Part shown: positions 51,498 through 61,294 of the stretch, piece after piece
Position numbering within the stretch: the stretch's first letter is position 1
Layout of the letters: each line of letters opens with the position of its first letter
Assembly: GCA_963707915.1 (NCBI GenBank)
Contig: OY970178.1
Span: forward strand, 2,784,001 to 2,848,000
Direction of reading: 5' to 3'
DNA length: 64,000 nucleotides
Source: Candidatus Eiseniibacteriota bacterium
Lineage (GTDB): Bacteria > Eisenbacteria > RBG-16-71-46
The notes under the pieces: model-generated
What the model was told of the DNA's origin: nothing
The model's database searches: none
What the model saw: the letters and a program-made list of their open reading frames with translations, nothing else
Made by a program: the position numbers and the translations under genes

Positions 51498-53045
51498 ATG
51501 CGCGATCCCCGAGCGGCTTCCGCCCCCGACGAGAGCGCCCACACCGCCGTGGTCCACCCCGGCGCCGGGCTCCGGCTGCGCCTGTGGCTCGCCTGCCTGC
51601 TGGGTGGTCTCGCCGGGGGCGGCGCGGTGATCGGCCTGTTCGCGTGGCTCTCGCCTCCCGACCCGCTCTTCGACCCGCTGGTCCTCGGCCTCTGGCCGTG
51701 GAGCGCCGCCGCCGCGTGCCTGTTCATCGCCGTGGGCCTGGGCCTCTGGCTCGACCACGGCATCGCCACCCACCTGCGCGGCGTGAGCCGCGCGCTCGAG
51801 GGCGGGGACCCGGCCGGGCTGGCCGCGCTGCCCGCCGCCCGGGGCTGGGGCGAGCTCTCGCTGCTGACGGCGCAGGTCCAGGGCCAGCTGGTGCGCCAGC
51901 AGGAGATGGTCCGCGCCGCGGCCGAGCTGGACGACCTGCGCCACCGCATCCGCGCGCTGCGCGCCGCGGTGGAGTTGCACGTGCCGGCGGAGCGGTCGGA
52001 GCCCGCGCGGGCGATCGAGGGGCCGCTCGGGCTGCTGATCGAGGCGCTCAACCGCCGTTGGGCCGAGGAGCAGCACGCGGGGGACCAGGGCCGCGAGGAT
52101 GCGCTCGGGCTGCGTCGCGAACTGACGATGGCGCTGCTGGACGCGCGCGAGTCGGCCGAGCTCGCCGAGCGCGGCTTCGTCGAGGGCACCGCGCTGCTCA
52201 CGACCGTCCGCGAGCTCCAGCGCCTGGGCGGCGAGCTCAGGCAGGAGCTGTCGTCGTCGCCGCCGCCGGCGGTGCCCGTGCCGGCGCTCGCCGAGGCGCA
52301 GCACCGCTACCGCGAGCTGGCCGCGGCCGCGATCGAGGAACTGGTGTCCGCATCCAACGAGAGCGTGGAGTTCCTGGCCACCGGGCTCGCCCGCGTGCAG
52401 GAGATCGGCGAACAGGTGCAGGTGCTCGCCAACCGGGCGACCCTGATCGCCCTCCACGTCGCGCTCTCGGACCCGGGCGGTCCCGGCCCGCGGCGCGAAG
52501 GCCTGTCGCGCGACCTGCAGAACCTCGCGGGCGAGGTGCGTGCCGTGACCGACCTGACGGCCGCGCGCCTCACCGCCATCGATCGCGAGGTCGAGGCGGC
52601 GGTGAGCCGCATGAAGGGGCTCCGCGAGCGCGTCGCCGCGAAGCTGGACGAGGCCCCGCCGCTGCCCGAGGCGGCCGGCGAGGCGGAGCGCCCCGCGCAG
52701 CCCAGCGAGCTGGCGCTGCGGCTGCTCGACCGCGTGCGCGAGATGGTCCAGGACGCGGCCAGCAAGGGCGAGCGGCTCTCGGCGGCGGGCGAGCGGGCCT
52801 CGCGCGCCGCCGAGCGCCTGGTGCGCCGGCTCGAGGAGGAGGAGGGCACGCTCGAGGGGCTGGCGATGCGGCTGGGTGCGACCACCGAGGACCTCCGCGA
52901 GGGCGGGGCGGCGCCCGGCCCGCGCCCGCCGTCGTCGGCGGTGGAGTCGCGCCCGGGCGACCTGCGACTGCTCGGGCCCGACTCCGCGAAGCCCCGGCCG
53001 GCGGAGCCCGCATCCGACGAGGACGACGCGGAGGAGCGGCGATGA
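51498..53045 (+). CDS. Degenerate methyl-accepting chemotaxis-like membrane protein
   Basis: Two close TMs, HAMP-like segment, heptad coiled coil, and VQVLANRATLIALHVAL...NLAGEVR resembling the MCP hairpin tip; alternative start 51447. Confidence 0.65.
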   Translation: MRDPRAASAPDESAHTAVVHPGAGLRLRLWLACLLGGLAGGGAVIGLFAWLSPPDPLFDPLVLGLWPWSAAAACLFIAVGLGLWLDHGIATHLRGVSRALEGGDPAGLAALPAARGWGELSLLTAQVQGQLVRQQEMVRAAAELDDLRHRIRALRAAVELHVPAERSEPARAIEGPLGLLIEALNRRWAEEQHAGDQGREDALGLRRELTMALLDARESAELAERGFVEGTALLTTVRELQRLGGELRQELSSSPPPAVPVPALAEAQHRYRELAAAAIEELVSASNESVEFLATGLARVQEIGEQVQVLANRATLIALHVALSDPGGPGPRREGLSRDLQNLAGEVRAVTDLTAARLTAIDREVEAAVSRMKGLRERVAAKLDEAPPLPEAAGEAERPAQPSELALRLLDRVREMVQDAASKGERLSAAGERASRAAERLVRRLEEEEGTLEGLAMRLGATTEDLREGGAAPGPRPPSSAVESRPGDLRLLGPDSAKPRPAEPASDEDDAEERR

Positions 53046-54952
53046 ACCCGGCCGACGACCGTGGCGGCGCGCGGGACCTCGCCCGCGGCCTGGTGGACGC
53101 GCTCGTGCCCGTCCTCCGCGACGTGGCCATGGAGGATGCCGTCGGTCTCGCCGGCGAGGCCGCGCGGAGCCTCGGGCTCTCCGGCCTCGACCAACTGCTC
53201 GCCGCCTGCGCGCCGCACGCGGGGCATCCCTGGCCCGCCGAACTGACGCCCGCGCTCGAACGCGTGCGCCGCCTGGCCACGAGCGCGGTCCAGGCCGGCG
53301 CGCTCGGGCCGTTCCGCGAGGCCGACCGCGAACTGGCCGGACTGGCCGACGAGATCGCCGCACTGCAGTGGAGCCCCGCGCGACGCGCGGGCGCGGACGG
53401 CGGGGCGCGGGTCGCCACGTTGAACCTGGCCGAGACGCTCGACGACCTGGTGCTGGCCGACGACGCCTCGCGCGAGGTCGCGCGCCGCTCGCAGCTGCTG
53501 CCGCCGGTGGCCGCGGCGTTGCGGGCCGCTCTCGACTGGCTCACGAGTGACTCGGGGCGTCCCCTGGTGCTGCGCGCGGAGGACTCGGTGCTCGAGGCCA
53601 CGTGCGAGCGCATCGACTTCGAAGCGCTCACGCCGGCGACCGAGGTGCTCGCCGCGGCGGGGGCGAACCTGGGGCCGGGCACGGACCCGGCCGGCGCGTG
53701 GACGGTGCGGGTGCCGCTCCACACCGGGCGCCGGGTCTACCTGATGCTCGTGCACGGCGGCGTCTCGATCGCGATCCCCTGGCACGCGGTGCTGCGCCTG
53801 CGCATGGCCGGGTCGGCGGAGCTGGCCGACCGCGACAGTCTCGGCGGCTGGCCGGTGATGAACGGCCCGCTCGGCGGCGTCCCGCGGCCCGCGGCCGACG
53901 CGCCCCTCGCGCTGGTGGCGCACGGGCGCAAGCGCGCCTGGCTGGTGGCGGACCGGCTGATCTGGCGGCTGGACGCGGAGACCGTTGCGCCCGTGGAGCG
54001 TTCTCCCGCCGACGGGCTCGTCACGATGGTCGAGACCGAGGAGGGCGAGCACTACTGGCTCGCCGAGCCCGAATGGCTCCTGGCCTCGGTGGAGGCCCCG
54101 TCCCTCGCCCGGCCCGAGCGTGCGGCGGAGCGTGCGGTGGAGCGTGCGCCCGAGCGTGCGCCGGAGCGTGCGCCCGAGCGTGCGCCCGAGCGTGCGCCCG
54201 AGCGTGCGCACCCCGGTGTGCCTGCGCCCGAACCGCCCCCCGTGCCGGGATCGGCGCCGCCGGTGCTGCGCGACGAACATCCCGCGGAGTTCCGGGCCGC
54301 CCCGGTACGGCCCGTGCCCGCCTGGCCCGCGCCCCACCTCTGGTTGTTGACGCCGGAGGACGTCGAGCGCATCGAGGCGGAAGATGCGGAGCCCGTCGAG
54401 GCCGAAGACGCCGAACCCGTCGCGGTCGAGGACGTCGAGCCGGTCCGCGCGCCGGTCCGGCCGCCCGCACCGGTGCCGCCTTCCGGCGGTCCGGCGCGAG
54501 CGCCCGTGCCCGCGGCGGCAGGTCCCGGGGGCCAGGCGCAGCCGGCCACCCCGGGCGCGCCGCCCGCCCGTCGCCCGGTTCTCAGCGCACTGGTGGCGGA
54601 GGACTCGATCACCGCGCGCATCTTCCTCGCCCGGCTCCTCACGCGGCTGGGGTTCGACGTCAGCACGGTGGACACGGCGGCCGCGCTGCGGGCCGAACTG
54701 GAGCGCCGTCCCTGGTCGGTCGCCTGCGTGGACATCGAGTTGCCCGACGAGGCCGGCACGGCCTTCCTCGCCGGGCTCGCGGACCGCCACGGCGCCCGCA
54801 CGCCCTTCGTCGCGCTGGTGCGCGACGCGGAGGACCGCGCGGCCGCCCGGCGCGCCGGCTTCGATCGCATGTTGCGCAAGCCCTTCGACCACCTGGAGCT
54901 CGAGCAGGTCCTCGGCCGCCTCGGCCTCCTGTCCCCGCGGAGCGCGCGATGA
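53042..54952 (+). CDS. Degenerate CheA-like hybrid protein (CheW-like domain + low-complexity linker + receiver domain)
   Basis: ATGA overlap; WTVRVPL...LMLVHGGVSIAIPWHAV and WLVADRLI match CheA P5; C-terminal ALVAEDS...VDIELPD...RKPF. Confidence 0.68.
   Translation: MNPADDRGGARDLARGLVDALVPVLRDVAMEDAVGLAGEAARSLGLSGLDQLLAACAPHAGHPWPAELTPALERVRRLATSAVQAGALGPFREADRELAGLADEIAALQWSPARRAGADGGARVATLNLAETLDDLVLADDASREVARRSQLLPPVAAALRAALDWLTSDSGRPLVLRAEDSVLEATCERIDFEALTPATEVLAAAGANLGPGTDPAGAWTVRVPLHTGRRVYLMLVHGGVSIAIPWHAVLRLRMAGSAELADRDSLGGWPVMNGPLGGVPRPAADAPLALVAHGRKRAWLVADRLIWRLDAETVAPVERSPADGLVTMVETEEGEHYWLAEPEWLLASVEAPSLARPERAAERAVERAPERAPERAPERAPERAPERAHPGVPAPEPPPVPGSAPPVLRDEHPAEFRAAPVRPVPAWPAPHLWLLTPEDVERIEAEDAEPVEAEDAEPVAVEDVEPVRAPVRPPAPVPPSGGPARAPVPAAAGPGGQAQPATPGAPPARRPVLSALVAEDSITARIFLARLLTRLGFDVSTVDTAAALRAELERRPWSVACVDIELPDEAGTAFLAGLADRHGARTPFVALVRDAEDRAAARRAGFDRMLRKPFDHLELEQVLGRLGLLSPRSAR
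54113..54208 (+). repeat. 12-bp in-frame tandem repeat, 8 copies (PERA)
   Basis: cccgagcgtgcg and first-codon variants, eight contiguous units. Confidence 0.95.
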
Positions 54953-56442
54953 GCGCCGGCCCCGCGGCCGCGCGCGGGCCGGTGGCGGCGCCCTGCGTCC
55001 TGCTGGTGGACGACGACCGCCGCGTCCTCGAGTTGCTGGAGATCGCCTTCACCGCCCACGGGTTCCAGGTGCTCACCGCACCGGACGGCGATGCCGCCAT
55101 CCAGTGCGTGCTGACCCGGCGGCCCGACCTCGTCGTGCTCGACGTGCGGCTGCCGAAGAAGAGCGGGCTGGAGATCTGCGAGTGGCTGCGCCGTGACCCG
55201 GACGACCCGACCGTGCCGGTCATCATGGTCTCCGCCGTCGCGGACGTGGACACCCGGCTGCAGGCGTTCACGCGCGGCGCGGACGACTACCTGACCAAGC
55301 CGTTCTCCCCGAAGGAGCTGATCGCGCGGGCCAAGCGCCTGCTGGCGCGCTCGGTCGAGGCGCGCGCCTCGCGCGCGCGACAGCGCGAGCTCGAGCGCGA
55401 CCTGGCGCACGCGCGCGAGGCGGCCAGCCGTTCCCACGCCGCGACCCAGCACGAACAGCGCCTGCGCGACTTCGAGCGGGGACCGGGCCTGGACCTGCTG
55501 GGCGCGGGCGACGAGGACGAGCTGGCGCGCCGCCTGCTGCCGCTGCTGCGCGTGCGGACGGGCGCGGCCATGGCCGGGCTGCTGCTGCCGGGCAACGACG
55601 GGGAGACGCTGGAGCCCGCGGCGGTGCGCGGCGACGGACCGGAGCGCCTGGCGCCCCTCGCCTTGCCGCGGGCGGGCGCGCTGGCCGGGCTGCTCGCGGG
55701 GCTCGACCGGCCGGTGGTGCGGCGCGACCTCGAGCGCTTCCCCGACCTGGCCCTGGAAGTGGCGCCCTTCGTGGCCGAGGGCGTGGCGTTGCTCGTGCCG
55801 TTGCGCGGGCCCGACGGGCTCGAAGGGCTGGTGGTCCTGGACGAGCGGCGCGACGGGCTCCCGTTCCCGCCGACCGAGCTCGAGGCCGTGGCGAGCCTCG
55901 CCCGCCTCGCGGGGGTCGTTCTGCGTCACGCCCGGCGCGTGCGCGCGCTGGCGGAGCGGGCGCTGGTCGAGCTCGCGGGACGCGAGGTCACCGGGGAGGC
56001 GCGCCGGCGCGCGCGTGCCGAGGCGGGCTGCCTCGTGGAGCGCGCGGGCCGGGCGACGCTGGTGCCGCTGCGCCAGCGCCGGCTGCTGGCGTGCGCCATC
56101 CGGCTGGGACGGGGTGTGGCGGTGGGTGGTGGGGCGGAGGCGCTCGAGCGGCTGGCCGCGGACGACCCGACCGGGCTGGCGCGCGACCTCGTGACGCTCC
56201 TCGCCCGGGCGGAGGCGCCGGCCGGGAGCAGGGCGGATTCCCCCGCGACCGGCGACGACCGGGCGGAGGTGCTCCTCGCGGTGGCGCTGCGGTACGCGGA
56301 CGAACGCGAACGCGAAGCGGACCCGCGATCCTCGCTCTTGCGGGCCCTGGCGGCGGCCGGCGCGCGGCTCGATCCGACCACGCGCCAGGCGCTCGAGGCC
56401 GCGACCCGGGAGCTGGCGCTGCTGGCGGTCGAGGCGGCGTAG
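54949..56442 (+). CDS. Response regulator: receiver + GAF-like + degenerate helical (HD-GYP-like) domain
   Basis: LLVDDD, VVLDVRLP, IMVSA, GADDYLTKPF; LLVPL...LEGLVVLDERRDGLPF...E; C-terminal LDP motif. Confidence 0.8.
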   Translation: MSAGPAAARGPVAAPCVLLVDDDRRVLELLEIAFTAHGFQVLTAPDGDAAIQCVLTRRPDLVVLDVRLPKKSGLEICEWLRRDPDDPTVPVIMVSAVADVDTRLQAFTRGADDYLTKPFSPKELIARAKRLLARSVEARASRARQRELERDLAHAREAASRSHAATQHEQRLRDFERGPGLDLLGAGDEDELARRLLPLLRVRTGAAMAGLLLPGNDGETLEPAAVRGDGPERLAPLALPRAGALAGLLAGLDRPVVRRDLERFPDLALEVAPFVAEGVALLVPLRGPDGLEGLVVLDERRDGLPFPPTELEAVASLARLAGVVLRHARRVRALAERALVELAGREVTGEARRRARAEAGCLVERAGRATLVPLRQRRLLACAIRLGRGVAVGGGAEALERLAADDPTGLARDLVTLLARAEAPAGSRADSPATGDDRAEVLLAVALRYADEREREADPRSSLLRALAAAGARLDPTTRQALEAATRELALLAVEAA

Positions 56443-56479
56443 CCCGGGACCGCCGCCCCTTCGCCGGCGAGGGCCGGCG

Positions 56480-58045
56480 CTACCAGCCGAGCACGGACGC
56501 GGGCAGCAGGGCCCGGGTCCGGCGGCGCGAGGCGAGGTTGATCTCCTCGCCGCGCAGGTCGGCCGGGTTCCAGTCGTCGGTGAGCACGCGGCCGCCGGTG
56601 GGCGTGAAGCGGTTGTCCCAGGCGTGCCGGCGCTGCAGCACGCGCCAGTGCTCCTGTTCGTCGGACAGCGAGGTGACCGGATCGCCGAGCCGCTCGGGCG
56701 GGACGTCCAGCGCGCGGTCGCCCGCCACCAGCACCACGTTGCCCAGCTGGTCCGGCGGCTCGGCGGTGGGCAACGCGACGACCTGGCGGAACCGCGTGGC
56801 CAGCGTCGCGGCCGCGGCCCTCACCAGCGGCTCGTCCCAGCCGATCGCCTCGAGGTTCAGCACCAGCGTCCCGCCCGGACGCAGCCGGGCCTTCGCGTCG
56901 GCGAACGCCCCGTCGGTCACGAGGTGGAACGGCACCGAGCCGCTGCCGAAGGCGTCGAGCACGATGAGGTCGAACGTGTCGCGCGAGGCGCGCAGGAAGC
57001 GGCGCCCGTCGGCGACGTGGATGGTGCCGTGGTGCGGCCCGATCTTGAAGAACTCCCGGGCGGCCGCGACCACGCCCGGGTCGATCTCGACCGCGTCCAC
57101 CCGCCACCCGTCCACGGCCAGGACCCGCGCCAGCGAGCCGCCGCCCAGCCCCACCAGCAGGGCGCGGCCCGGGCGCGCGAACGACTCGGTGGCGAGCTCC
57201 GCCGCGAAGACGTACGCCTGCCGCGGGGCGAGGTCCTCCTGTCGCACGATGGTGTGCGTGCCGCCGTCGAGCAGCAGGTAGCGGAGCCCGTCGTGGTCCA
57301 CGACCCGGAGCTCCGCGTAGCGGGTCGGCCGCACCGCCAGGACGCCCGCGGGCAACGGCGCTGCCGCCTGCCGCACCCCCCACACCGCGGCCGCCGCGGC
57401 CGCCACGGACAGCAGCACGGCGACCGCGCCTCCGCGCCCGGCGCCGGCGCGCGCGAGAGCGGCGGTGGCGATCAGCGTCGCGCCGACGACGACCAGCAGC
57501 CGGGTCACGCCGATGCCCGGGATCAGCACGAAGCCGGTGAGCAGCGCTGCGGCCACGCTCGCCATCGTGGAGACCGCGAACACGTCGCCCGAGACCCGGC
57601 CGACCTCCTCCACGCGCCGCGCCGCGAGCCGGATGGCGTACGGGCTCACCATCCCGAGCAGCGCCAGCGGGGGGAAGAACAGCGCGAGCGCGGCGACCAG
57701 CACCGCGGCCCGGAGCCCCAGGCCTTCGCTCGCGGCGAGCAGCGGCGCGCGCAGCCACGGGATCGTCAGCACCCACGCGCCGGCCAGCGCCAGCACCGTC
57801 GAGAGCCGCGCCGCGCGGGGACCGCGGTCGGCCCAGCGGCCGCCCAGCGCGTAGCCGGTCGCGAGCGCGGCGAGGGTCACCGAGATGAGCGCGGACCAGA
57901 CGAACAGGCTCACGCCGTAGAACGGGCCGAGCACGCGCGTGCCGAGGAGCTCGAGCGCCAGCACGCACGCGCCCGACAGCGAGACCACGCCCAGCAGCGC
58001 CGGGCGGCTCATCGCGGCGGGGACGTCGTCGGGGGCGGCGCTCAT
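56480..58045 (-). CDS. Fused MFS-like membrane / spermidine-synthase-like protein
   Basis: LELLGTRVLGPFYG.S..VW, about seven TMs, LLVGLGGG, VEIDP, DGRRFL, DLIVLDAF, VPFHLVT, VLTDDWNP. Confidence 0.88.
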   Translation of the reverse strand: MSAAPDDVPAAMSRPALLGVVSLSGACVLALELLGTRVLGPFYGVSLFVWSALISVTLAALATGYALGGRWADRGPRAARLSTVLALAGAWVLTIPWLRAPLLAASEGLGLRAAVLVAALALFFPPLALLGMVSPYAIRLAARRVEEVGRVSGDVFAVSTMASVAAALLTGFVLIPGIGVTRLLVVVGATLIATAALARAGAGRGGAVAVLLSVAAAAAAVWGVRQAAAPLPAGVLAVRPTRYAELRVVDHDGLRYLLLDGGTHTIVRQEDLAPRQAYVFAAELATESFARPGRALLVGLGGGSLARVLAVDGWRVDAVEIDPGVVAAAREFFKIGPHHGTIHVADGRRFLRASRDTFDLIVLDAFGSGSVPFHLVTDGAFADAKARLRPGGTLVLNLEAIGWDEPLVRAAAATLATRFRQVVALPTAEPPDQLGNVVLVAGDRALDVPPERLGDPVTSLSDEQEHWRVLQRRHAWDNRFTPTGGRVLTDDWNPADLRGEEINLASRRRTRALLPASVLGW

Positions 58046-58413
58046 CGCGCCGAGTCCGGCATCGCCCGGATCTCGCCCGTGACCTCGAGCACGACCGGCC
58101 AGCCTTCCAGGGTCCGCGGGATGCGCTGCTCGAGCGCGGCGTCGCGCCTCGCCAGCATGACCACGATGGCGGGCGCGCCGTCGGGCCGCGCGCCCTGGTA
58201 GGTCCCGACCACTCCGGGGAGGGCCATGAGCTCGGGGGTGTGCGCGGCGAGGACGTCGGCGATCGGGTGTTCGGGCATCGGCGGAGCCTTTCCCGCGGGC
58301 GGGTGCGGCCGGCACGCGGCGATCGTGCCGGCGACGAGGGCGAGGAGAGCGATCGACGCGAAGCGCCCGGTCCGGGACCGGGCGCTCGCGTCACGACGAA
58401 GGTTGGGACTCAC
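58042..58413 (-). CDS. Small lipoprotein consisting of a stand-alone protease-prodomain-like module
   Basis: Lipobox IAAC; TPELMALPGVVGT...PAIVVM...IPRTLEGWPVVLEVTGEIRAM matches the N-domain of the upstream protease. Confidence 0.78.
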   Translation of the reverse strand: MSPNLRRDASARSRTGRFASIALLALVAGTIAACRPHPPAGKAPPMPEHPIADVLAAHTPELMALPGVVGTYQGARPDGAPAIVVMLARRDAALEQRIPRTLEGWPVVLEVTGEIRAMPDSAR

Positions 58414-58437
58414 GACGGCGGAGGGTCCGGCCGGGGC

Positions 58438-59580
58438 TCAGTTCCCCACCATCGTCACGCCCAGGTGGCTCAGCACGCTCCCGATCGGGTTGGCGATCGC
58501 CGTGGTGCTGCTGCCGGCGAACAACAGGCCGATGGCGCGCGGCCTGGTCGTGACGTCCTCGACCATCAGCGAGCCGGAGTCACCCGAGTTGAGGAACTTG
58601 CTCCGGCTGTTCGCGATGACGATCTGGCCGGTGAAGGTCTTGGTGAAGCTCGTGCCGCCGCACTCGGTCGAGTAGCCCACGCTGATCGTGGCGTTGAGAC
58701 CGCTGACCTTGCTGCGGGTGAGGCCGGTCGTGCGCCCGCTCTTCTTGACCAACTGGCCCACCGAGGCCGCCACGGTCGAGGCGGAGATCGTGCCGATCTC
58801 GAGGATGGCGCCGTCGGTGCGCACCATGGCGGTGCGGACCTGCGCGATCGCGCAGTCCACGTTCGGCGTCGAGGCCGGCGGATAGAGCGTGGAGAGCGAC
58901 GAGAGGTCCGCCACGAGGTTCGCCCCCGAGGCGCTGCAGGCGTTGTCGATGAAGCCCGGCTGCGTGATGTCGTCGCCGATCGCCGACACCTTGCGGTTGC
59001 CGCCGGACACGACGTCGCCCGCGAACACGTGGCTGTTGCTGAGGATGTACTGCGTCCCGTTCTTCTGGACCAGCGCGCCGAGCGTGCCGCTGCAGCAGTA
59101 GCCGTTCGCCAGGTCGGTCACCGAGCCGCCCGAGGTGCCGAGCTGGATCGGGGGCGTCTGCCTGGCGGTGTGGCTCACCGTCGTGCCGCCGCTCTTCATC
59201 GCCACGATCTTCCCCGTGACCTCCTCGATCACCGGGTAGCCGTCGAGCGTGGCCGGCAGCCGGCCGGCGGGCAGGGCGCTCTCGGTCATCACCATGATGG
59301 CGGGCTGGCCGGCGGCGTTCACGGTGACCGCGGTGCCGACCACGCCCTGGAAGCGCATCAACTCGGGCGTGCGCGTGTTCTGGACCCGCATGGCGGCCTG
59401 GGCGGCGGGGTCGTCGTAGCGGAGGACGAACGTGCCGCCGGACGCCGCGTCTCCCAGCCCGGAGGGACCGGTGACCAGGTCGGACTTCTTGCTGCATCCC
59501 GCCATCAGGCTGCCGAACGCGAGCAGCGCGACCACGAGAGCGAGGGGACCGATCCACGAACGTGGGACGCGGCGCAGCAT
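58438..59580 (-). CDS. Trypsin-like (Nal1-like) serine protease lipoprotein with N-terminal prodomain
   Basis: SD AAGGAGGT; lipobox MAGC; GTLGALV, ILSNSHVF (His), VDCAIA (Asp), KSGRTTGLT, GDSGS (Ser), IGLLFAG. Confidence 0.88.
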   Translation of the reverse strand: MLRRVPRSWIGPLALVVALLAFGSLMAGCSKKSDLVTGPSGLGDAASGGTFVLRYDDPAAQAAMRVQNTRTPELMRFQGVVGTAVTVNAAGQPAIMVMTESALPAGRLPATLDGYPVIEEVTGKIVAMKSGGTTVSHTARQTPPIQLGTSGGSVTDLANGYCCSGTLGALVQKNGTQYILSNSHVFAGDVVSGGNRKVSAIGDDITQPGFIDNACSASGANLVADLSSLSTLYPPASTPNVDCAIAQVRTAMVRTDGAILEIGTISASTVAASVGQLVKKSGRTTGLTRSKVSGLNATISVGYSTECGGTSFTKTFTGQIVIANSRSKFLNSGDSGSLMVEDVTTRPRAIGLLFAGSSTTAIANPIGSVLSHLGVTMVGN

Positions 59581-59746
59581 GGGGACCTCCTTGGGGAAGG
59601 GGAGACCTGCGCGTGATGCCCGGCCGGCGGGATGTCGGCCAGCGTCGCGCAGTCTCCACCCCGGCGGGACCGGGTTCAACAGGATTCTTGGCCGGCACGG
59701 CCCGGCCGGGCCGGGGGACGCCCGGCCCGGCCGCGGTCGCCGCCTG

Positions 59747-60355
59747 CTACGGCTGTGCCGGCGCGGGGGCGGGCGCCTGGCGGATCCCGCCGAAGTCCAG
59801 CTTCGGCGTGGCCTTCGCCTCCTCGGCCACCGGGTAGTACGGCTCTTCCTTGAACCCCAGCGCGCCCGCGTAGAGGTTGGTCGGGAAGCGCTTCACCATG
59901 ACGTTGTAGCCCTGCACCACCTCGTTGTAGCGCATGCGCGCGACGGCGAGCCGGTTCTCGATGCCGCTGATCTCGTCCATCAGGCCCATGAACGCCTCGT
60001 TGCTCCGGAGCTGGGGGTAGTTCTCCACCACCACCAGCAGCCGCGACAGCGCCGAGGTCGTCGCCTGGTCGGCGGCGATCCGCTCGTCGGTGGTGCGGGC
60101 GCCGCCGAGCGCGGCCCGGGCCTTGGCGATGTCGCCGAAGACCTGCTGTTCCTGAAACGCGGTCCCCTTCACGGTCTCGGCCAGGTTCCCGAGCTTCGAG
60201 CTGCGCGCCTGGAGCTGGTTGTTCACCTCCGCCCAGCCGTTCCTCACGCTCTCGCGAACGGTCACGAGGTTGTTGTAGCTGCCGAACAGCCGTCCCGCGA
60301 TCATGATGATCACGAGCGCCACGACCGCCAGGATGATCAGGCCACTGCGCTTCAT
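59747..60355 (-). CDS. lemA: LemA family protein
   Basis: N-terminal TM, SYNNLV, NLAETVKG, VVENYPQLRSN, IENRLAVARMRYN, FPTN. Confidence 0.93.
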   Translation of the reverse strand: MKRSGLIILAVVALVIIMIAGRLFGSYNNLVTVRESVRNGWAEVNNQLQARSSKLGNLAETVKGTAFQEQQVFGDIAKARAALGGARTTDERIAADQATTSALSRLLVVVENYPQLRSNEAFMGLMDEISGIENRLAVARMRYNEVVQGYNVMVKRFPTNLYAGALGFKEEPYYPVAEEAKATPKLDFGGIRQAPAPAPAQP

Positions 60356-60409
60356 GCCGGCTCTCCTTTCGTTTCGGTCACGCCCGGCGACCCGCCGGAC
60401 GATTGCAGA

Positions 60410-61294
60410 CTACCATCCGCCGCTTCCGCCACCCCCGCCGCTCCCGAATCCGCCTCCGCCGCCGAACCCGCCGAAGCTGGCGCCGCCGCCCGAGCCGCCG
60501 CCCCCGAAGCCGCCGCCGCCGAACCCGCCGAACGAGCCGGGGCCCATCCACCACCAGCCGCTGCCGCGTCCGCGGCGCCCGCCGCCGATCCGCGGGATCA
60601 TGCCGAACAGCACCATCACCACGACGAACACCACGGTCGCCAGCGGGAAGTCGCCGCCGCCCCGGCGGCCGCTCGAGTAGCGCAGCTCGCGTCCGTCCCA
60701 CTCGAGCGTCACGCCGCGGTCCTTGGCGATGATGCTCGAGACCCGCAGCACCGCGGCGGTGATGCCGCCCGCGAGGTCGCCGGCCCGGAAGCGCGGGGTC
60801 ATCTCGTCGCGGATGATCCGCGCCTCGAGGCCGTCGGGCAGGATGCCCTCGAGCTCGTAGCCGGTCTCGAAGGCGATCTTGCGCTCCTCCAGCGCCACGA
60901 GCAGCAACAGGCTGGTGCGGTTGCCGTGGAACCAGCGCTGGTAGGCCTCGGTCTTGTACTGGATCGGGTCGAGCGGCGCGGTGGTCCGCAGCGTGAGCAC
61001 CGCGAACTGCACGCCGGTCTTGCGCTTCACCTGGTCGAGGAACCCCTCGAGCCGGGCGCGGGCGTCGCCGTCCATCGCGCCGGCGCGGTCGTTCACGAAG
61101 CCGGTGGGCGCCGGGATGGCCGTGTCGGCGGGGGCGGCGTCCGGCGCACCCGGCGCGGACGGCGCCGGGCCCGCGTCCGCGACCGGTGCGCCGCGGGCGC
61201 CCGCCGGCTCGTCCTGCGGCCACGCGCCCGCGGGCGCCAGCAGGAACGACGCGGACAGGAGCAGGATGCGGAAGGTGCGGCGGCAGGCGCTCAG
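60410..61294 (-). CDS. TPM-domain (YgcG-like) membrane protein with Gly-rich tail
   Basis: PTGFVNDRAG, GVQFAVLT, LLLVALEER, ETGYELEGILPDG, PRFRAGD, TM, GGGFGSGGGGGSGGW; start codon unclear (CTG at 61294 proposed). Confidence 0.88.
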   Translation of the reverse strand: MSACRRTFRILLLSASFLLAPAGAWPQDEPAGARGAPVADAGPAPSAPGAPDAAPADTAIPAPTGFVNDRAGAMDGDARARLEGFLDQVKRKTGVQFAVLTLRTTAPLDPIQYKTEAYQRWFHGNRTSLLLLVALEERKIAFETGYELEGILPDGLEARIIRDEMTPRFRAGDLAGGITAAVLRVSSIIAKDRGVTLEWDGRELRYSSGRRGGGDFPLATVVFVVVMVLFGMIPRIGGGRRGRGSGWWWMGPGSFGGFGGGGFGGGGSGGGASFGGFGGGGGFGSGGGGGSGGW

